Part shown: positions 15,932 to 18,465 of the stretch, one piece after another | How positions within the stretch are numbered: position 1 is the stretch's first letter | How the letters are laid out: each line of letters opens with the position of its first letter | Assembly (NCBI GenBank): GCA_965649225.1 | Contig: CBFGJX010000023.1 | Coordinates: 1-18,465, forward strand | DNA from: a candidate division WOR-3 bacterium | Lineage (GTDB): Bacteria; Hydrothermota; Tepidihabitantia; Tepidihabitantales; Tepidihabitantaceae | Reading direction: 5' to 3' | Length of the DNA: 18,465 nucleotides | Made by a program: the position numbers and the translations under genes | The notes under the pieces: generated by a model | What the model was told of the DNA's origin: nothing | Databases searched by the model: none | Seen by the model: the letters and a program-made list of their open reading frames with translations, nothing else

Positions 15932-18465
15932 CTAGCGGTGGACAAGCAACCGGTCGCGCACAGTCAGCCGCTGCCGCCGGTCACCCGGTTCGCAAACCTC
16001 AGCGGTGACAGCATAAATATAGACGCCGTTCGCGGGCAAAAGTCCTTGGCTGTCGCGCCCGTCCCACCAGAACTCGCCATAGCCGGCATCGAACAGCCGG
16101 GTACCGAGATCACGCACCAGCCGGCCGGCAAGGGTGTATATCCGGACCCGGACGGTCGCGGCACGGGACAGACTGAACGTGAACACCGCCGGACCGGCCA
16201 CAGGATTGGGCCAGACCAGCAGTGACTCGACCCGCAGTACGGTCGTCTGATCGGTACGAAGACGCAGGACGGCAACAGTGCGATTGGCACAGTTGTCAGA
16301 AGATGCGACAAAAATCGAATCAACCGGACCGGTCAAATGAACCGGCACTGTCAGGGCTGCCCGCTTTGTCGTACCTTCGTCGAAGACGATCAGCCGTGAC
16401 AGATCAAGCGCTGACCGGCGGTTATTGACCCAGAACTCCGGTGCGACACCGGGGTAGCTGGCAACCGCGATGCCGGAGCTGTCGGCCAGTCTGAGCCCCA
16501 GTTGGAATTCTGCCGGCACCAGTTGCCAGTCGCCAAGGGGGCGGTCGCCGAGCCGAAACTCGGTAATCGGACCGCTGCTGTCGTCACACGGCGCCGGTTC
16601 GCGGACGAACGCAAGCGAATCGAGCATCAAACACAGCGAAGTCTGATTGTCGGAAAGCAATGCGCGCAAACGGACCGACACCGGCAACGGCGCGTACCAG
16701 CCATTAGCGACAAAGACCGTGTCGAGGGGAACTCCACTCTGGAATCGCCCCTCAACCAGCATCTCACCTTCCCGGACACGACCACTGCCGTAACAGAACT
16801 CAGCCCCCGGCAACAGGTAATCAGTCTCGCCAAGAAAAGAACGGTAAGTCCGCTTGAGCTGAGGCCCGTACAGTGTCCATTCGTGTCGGTCATAGCCCTC
16901 GGTAACAGCGCCCCGCACCCGGAAAGGCTGCGCGGGCCGCAGGGTTTCGGGCGCCATCACCAAACCCTCGTCAGTCCGCGAGGACAGGCGCAGCCTCGTG
17001 GCGGGGTCGCCGAAGAAATGGTAAATCCGATCCGTCGGCCAGGCCCGAAAGAAAGCCGCTCCGAGCGTGGACTCGGTCTGAGCGAACAGCGGCGAAAGCA
17101 GATTGCGGGCAAAAACCTGATTACTGCCCGAAGTTGTCGCCTTCGTCGCGCCGACCGCAGCAATCGCCCCGGCCGGGATTCTGACCAGCTCCTCAGCGAT
17201 GCACTCGGACTGGGTATCGTCGAAACGGCCAACCGAACAGGAGCCAAAGTAGCAAAACGGAGTACGGCCGGCATTCGCCAGCGCCGGTATGTTGGCAACC
17301 GTCAGAACCTTTTCGTGCGTCAGGTCAAATCCCGAACCGTGGCCGACAAACACCATTACCAGCGAACCAGTCTCAAGTTCACGCAGCAAAGCTGCCTGGG
17401 CACCCGGCTTGTTCTTGACACCGGCGAACGGGTATTCGGTAAGATAGACTTTGATCGGCTGCAGCCGCTCCCCCGCCAGTGCGGCAAGATACTCGCAGGA
17501 ACCGATGTGGAGAAAACGCAACGGGTCCCAGGTTCGCTGGTCCGCCGGGTCATCGATGCCAAGAAACTCATCGTCAGCGACCAGCAGATAGCGGTCGGCC
17601 CAGCGCCCGACCGGTTCGTTTTCATAGCTGATCAGCTTGTCGACGAACCGCCGCAACTCCACTCCGGAACGCGCCGTTACTCGCCCCAGAATCACATCCG
17701 GGCTGCCCCCCTCGCCTTCAAAGTCGGCATACCAGGCATCCAGCGCAAGCGCTGACCGGTCATAGGTCTCCGGATCCAGGCCGTAACCAACTTCATAGGC
17801 AGGCACTCCCGGCAGCCGCACACCCGCCAGCAGCCCGCGATAATCGCAGGTTGCATCACCGACGAGCAGGGCATAACCGGGGCGCTTGTCGGCAAGAAAC
17901 CGCTTGACTGCAATCGGCTCGGCCATACCGAACGCGTACTCATCGTAAACTTCTTCCAGCAACGCGACCGCTGCCCGGCCACCCGGGCTGCCTGGAATTC
18001 GTCCGGTACGATACTCGGCCAGTCTTTCTGCCGCCGCAGCAAACTCTGCCGGCGCGACAATCCAGTAATCGACATTACCGACCGATTGCCTCAGCCGACC
18101 CGGACGCCGCAGCTCAATCGCAGACACCCTTTTCAGACCAGCATCGGTGCAACCGGCAAACTGAGCCGGTCGCGGCACTCGCCAACAGAAAACCAGGTCG
18201 CTGCCGTCAAAACGCAAATCCGAGACGAGTTTTGGATCAAACGGTTCCGTGACTTCAAACAACCAACAGTCCGGCTGGGCGTCAGCGATTCGAAAGACAA
18301 ACCACCCGGTATCCGGCTGCAGGAATTCAACCCGACTGTGCTTCAGCCGCAGTCTTCGACGATACTTCACGTCGAAATAGTCAACATAAACTCCCTTGGC
18401 ACCGTCTCCGCCCAATCCCAAAGCAAGAATGTTCCGACTGTCAGAAGTAACCAGCAAACTGTCGA
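15932..18465 (-). CDS. porU: PorU-like C25 (gingipain-family) cysteine peptidase/sortase with C-terminal FlgD-Ig/CTD; N-terminus outside the window
   Basis: DYWIVAP, EVYDEYAFG, LLVGDA, DAWY, LGRV, LVADD, catalytic His in FVGHGS and Cys in FGSCSVGRFD, GAIAAVGAT, FFGDPA; C-terminus VWPNPV...IYTLAGRLVR...WDGRDSQGLLPANGVYIY. The frame is open to the right edge. Confidence 0.8.
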   Translation of the reverse strand, partial: DSLLVTSDSRNILALGLGGDGAKGVYVDYFDVKYRRRLRLKHSRVEFLQPDTGWFVFRIADAQPDCWLFEVTEPFDPKLVSDLRFDGSDLVFCWRVPRPAQFAGCTDAGLKRVSAIELRRPGRLRQSVGNVDYWIVAPAEFAAAAERLAEYRTGRIPGSPGGRAAVALLEEVYDEYAFGMAEPIAVKRFLADKRPGYALLVGDATCDYRGLLAGVRLPGVPAYEVGYGLDPETYDRSALALDAWYADFEGEGGSPDVILGRVTARSGVELRRFVDKLISYENEPVGRWADRYLLVADDEFLGIDDPADQRTWDPLRFLHIGSCEYLAALAGERLQPIKVYLTEYPFAGVKNKPGAQAALLRELETGSLVMVFVGHGSGFDLTHEKVLTVANIPALANAGRTPFCYFGSCSVGRFDDTQSECIAEELVRIPAGAIAAVGATKATTSGSNQVFARNLLSPLFAQTESTLGAAFFRAWPTDRIYHFFGDPATRLRLSSRTDEGLVMAPETLRPAQPFRVRGAVTEGYDRHEWTLYGPQLKRTYRSFLGETDYLLPGAEFCYGSGRVREGEMLVEGRFQSGVPLDTVFVANGWYAPLPVSVRLRALLSDNQTSLCLMLDSLAFVREPAPCDDSSGPITEFRLGDRPLGDWQLVPAEFQLGLRLADSSGIAVASYPGVAPEFWVNNRRSALDLSRLIVFDEGTTKRAALTVPVHLTGPVDSIFVASSDNCANRTVAVLRLRTDQTTVLRVESLLVWPNPVAGPAVFTFSLSRAATVRVRIYTLAGRLVRDLGTRLFDAGYGEFWWDGRDSQGLLPANGVYIYAVTAEVCEPGDRRQRLTVRDRLLVHR

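Noticed and set aside
16502..17755. 417-aa plus-strand ORF and similar long antisense ORFs
   Set aside because: Antisense shadow of the porU-like gene in GC-rich DNA, with no motifs.

Overview
Bacterial window, GC-rich overall and visibly more GC-rich at the left end. The C-terminal sorting-domain style and a porU-porV pair outside a typical Bacteroidota context suggest an FCB-related candidate lineage such as WOR-3 (inference only). From left to right: the 5' part of an MMPL/RND-family membrane protein gene (minus strand, not in the ORF track); a divergent four-gene operon of secreted beta-propeller proteins (three PQQ/BamB-like paralogs and one YncE/YVTN-like double propeller), each ending in a T9SS-type/FlgD-Ig C-terminal domain; a hairpin-rich intergenic gap; a TPR-like gene divergent from two carbohydrate ABC permeases; and a minus-strand run of porU-like C25 peptidase, porV-like barrel, purA, hypB and a HerA/DUF87 ATPase. 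The most notable observations are the T9SS-like machinery co-located with candidate cargo, an apparent CTG start that restores the HerA N-terminal domain, four or five sigma70-like promoters that all have a 16-bp spacer, and probable leaderless transcripts. No CRISPR array, rRNA, tRNA or mobile element was recognised.
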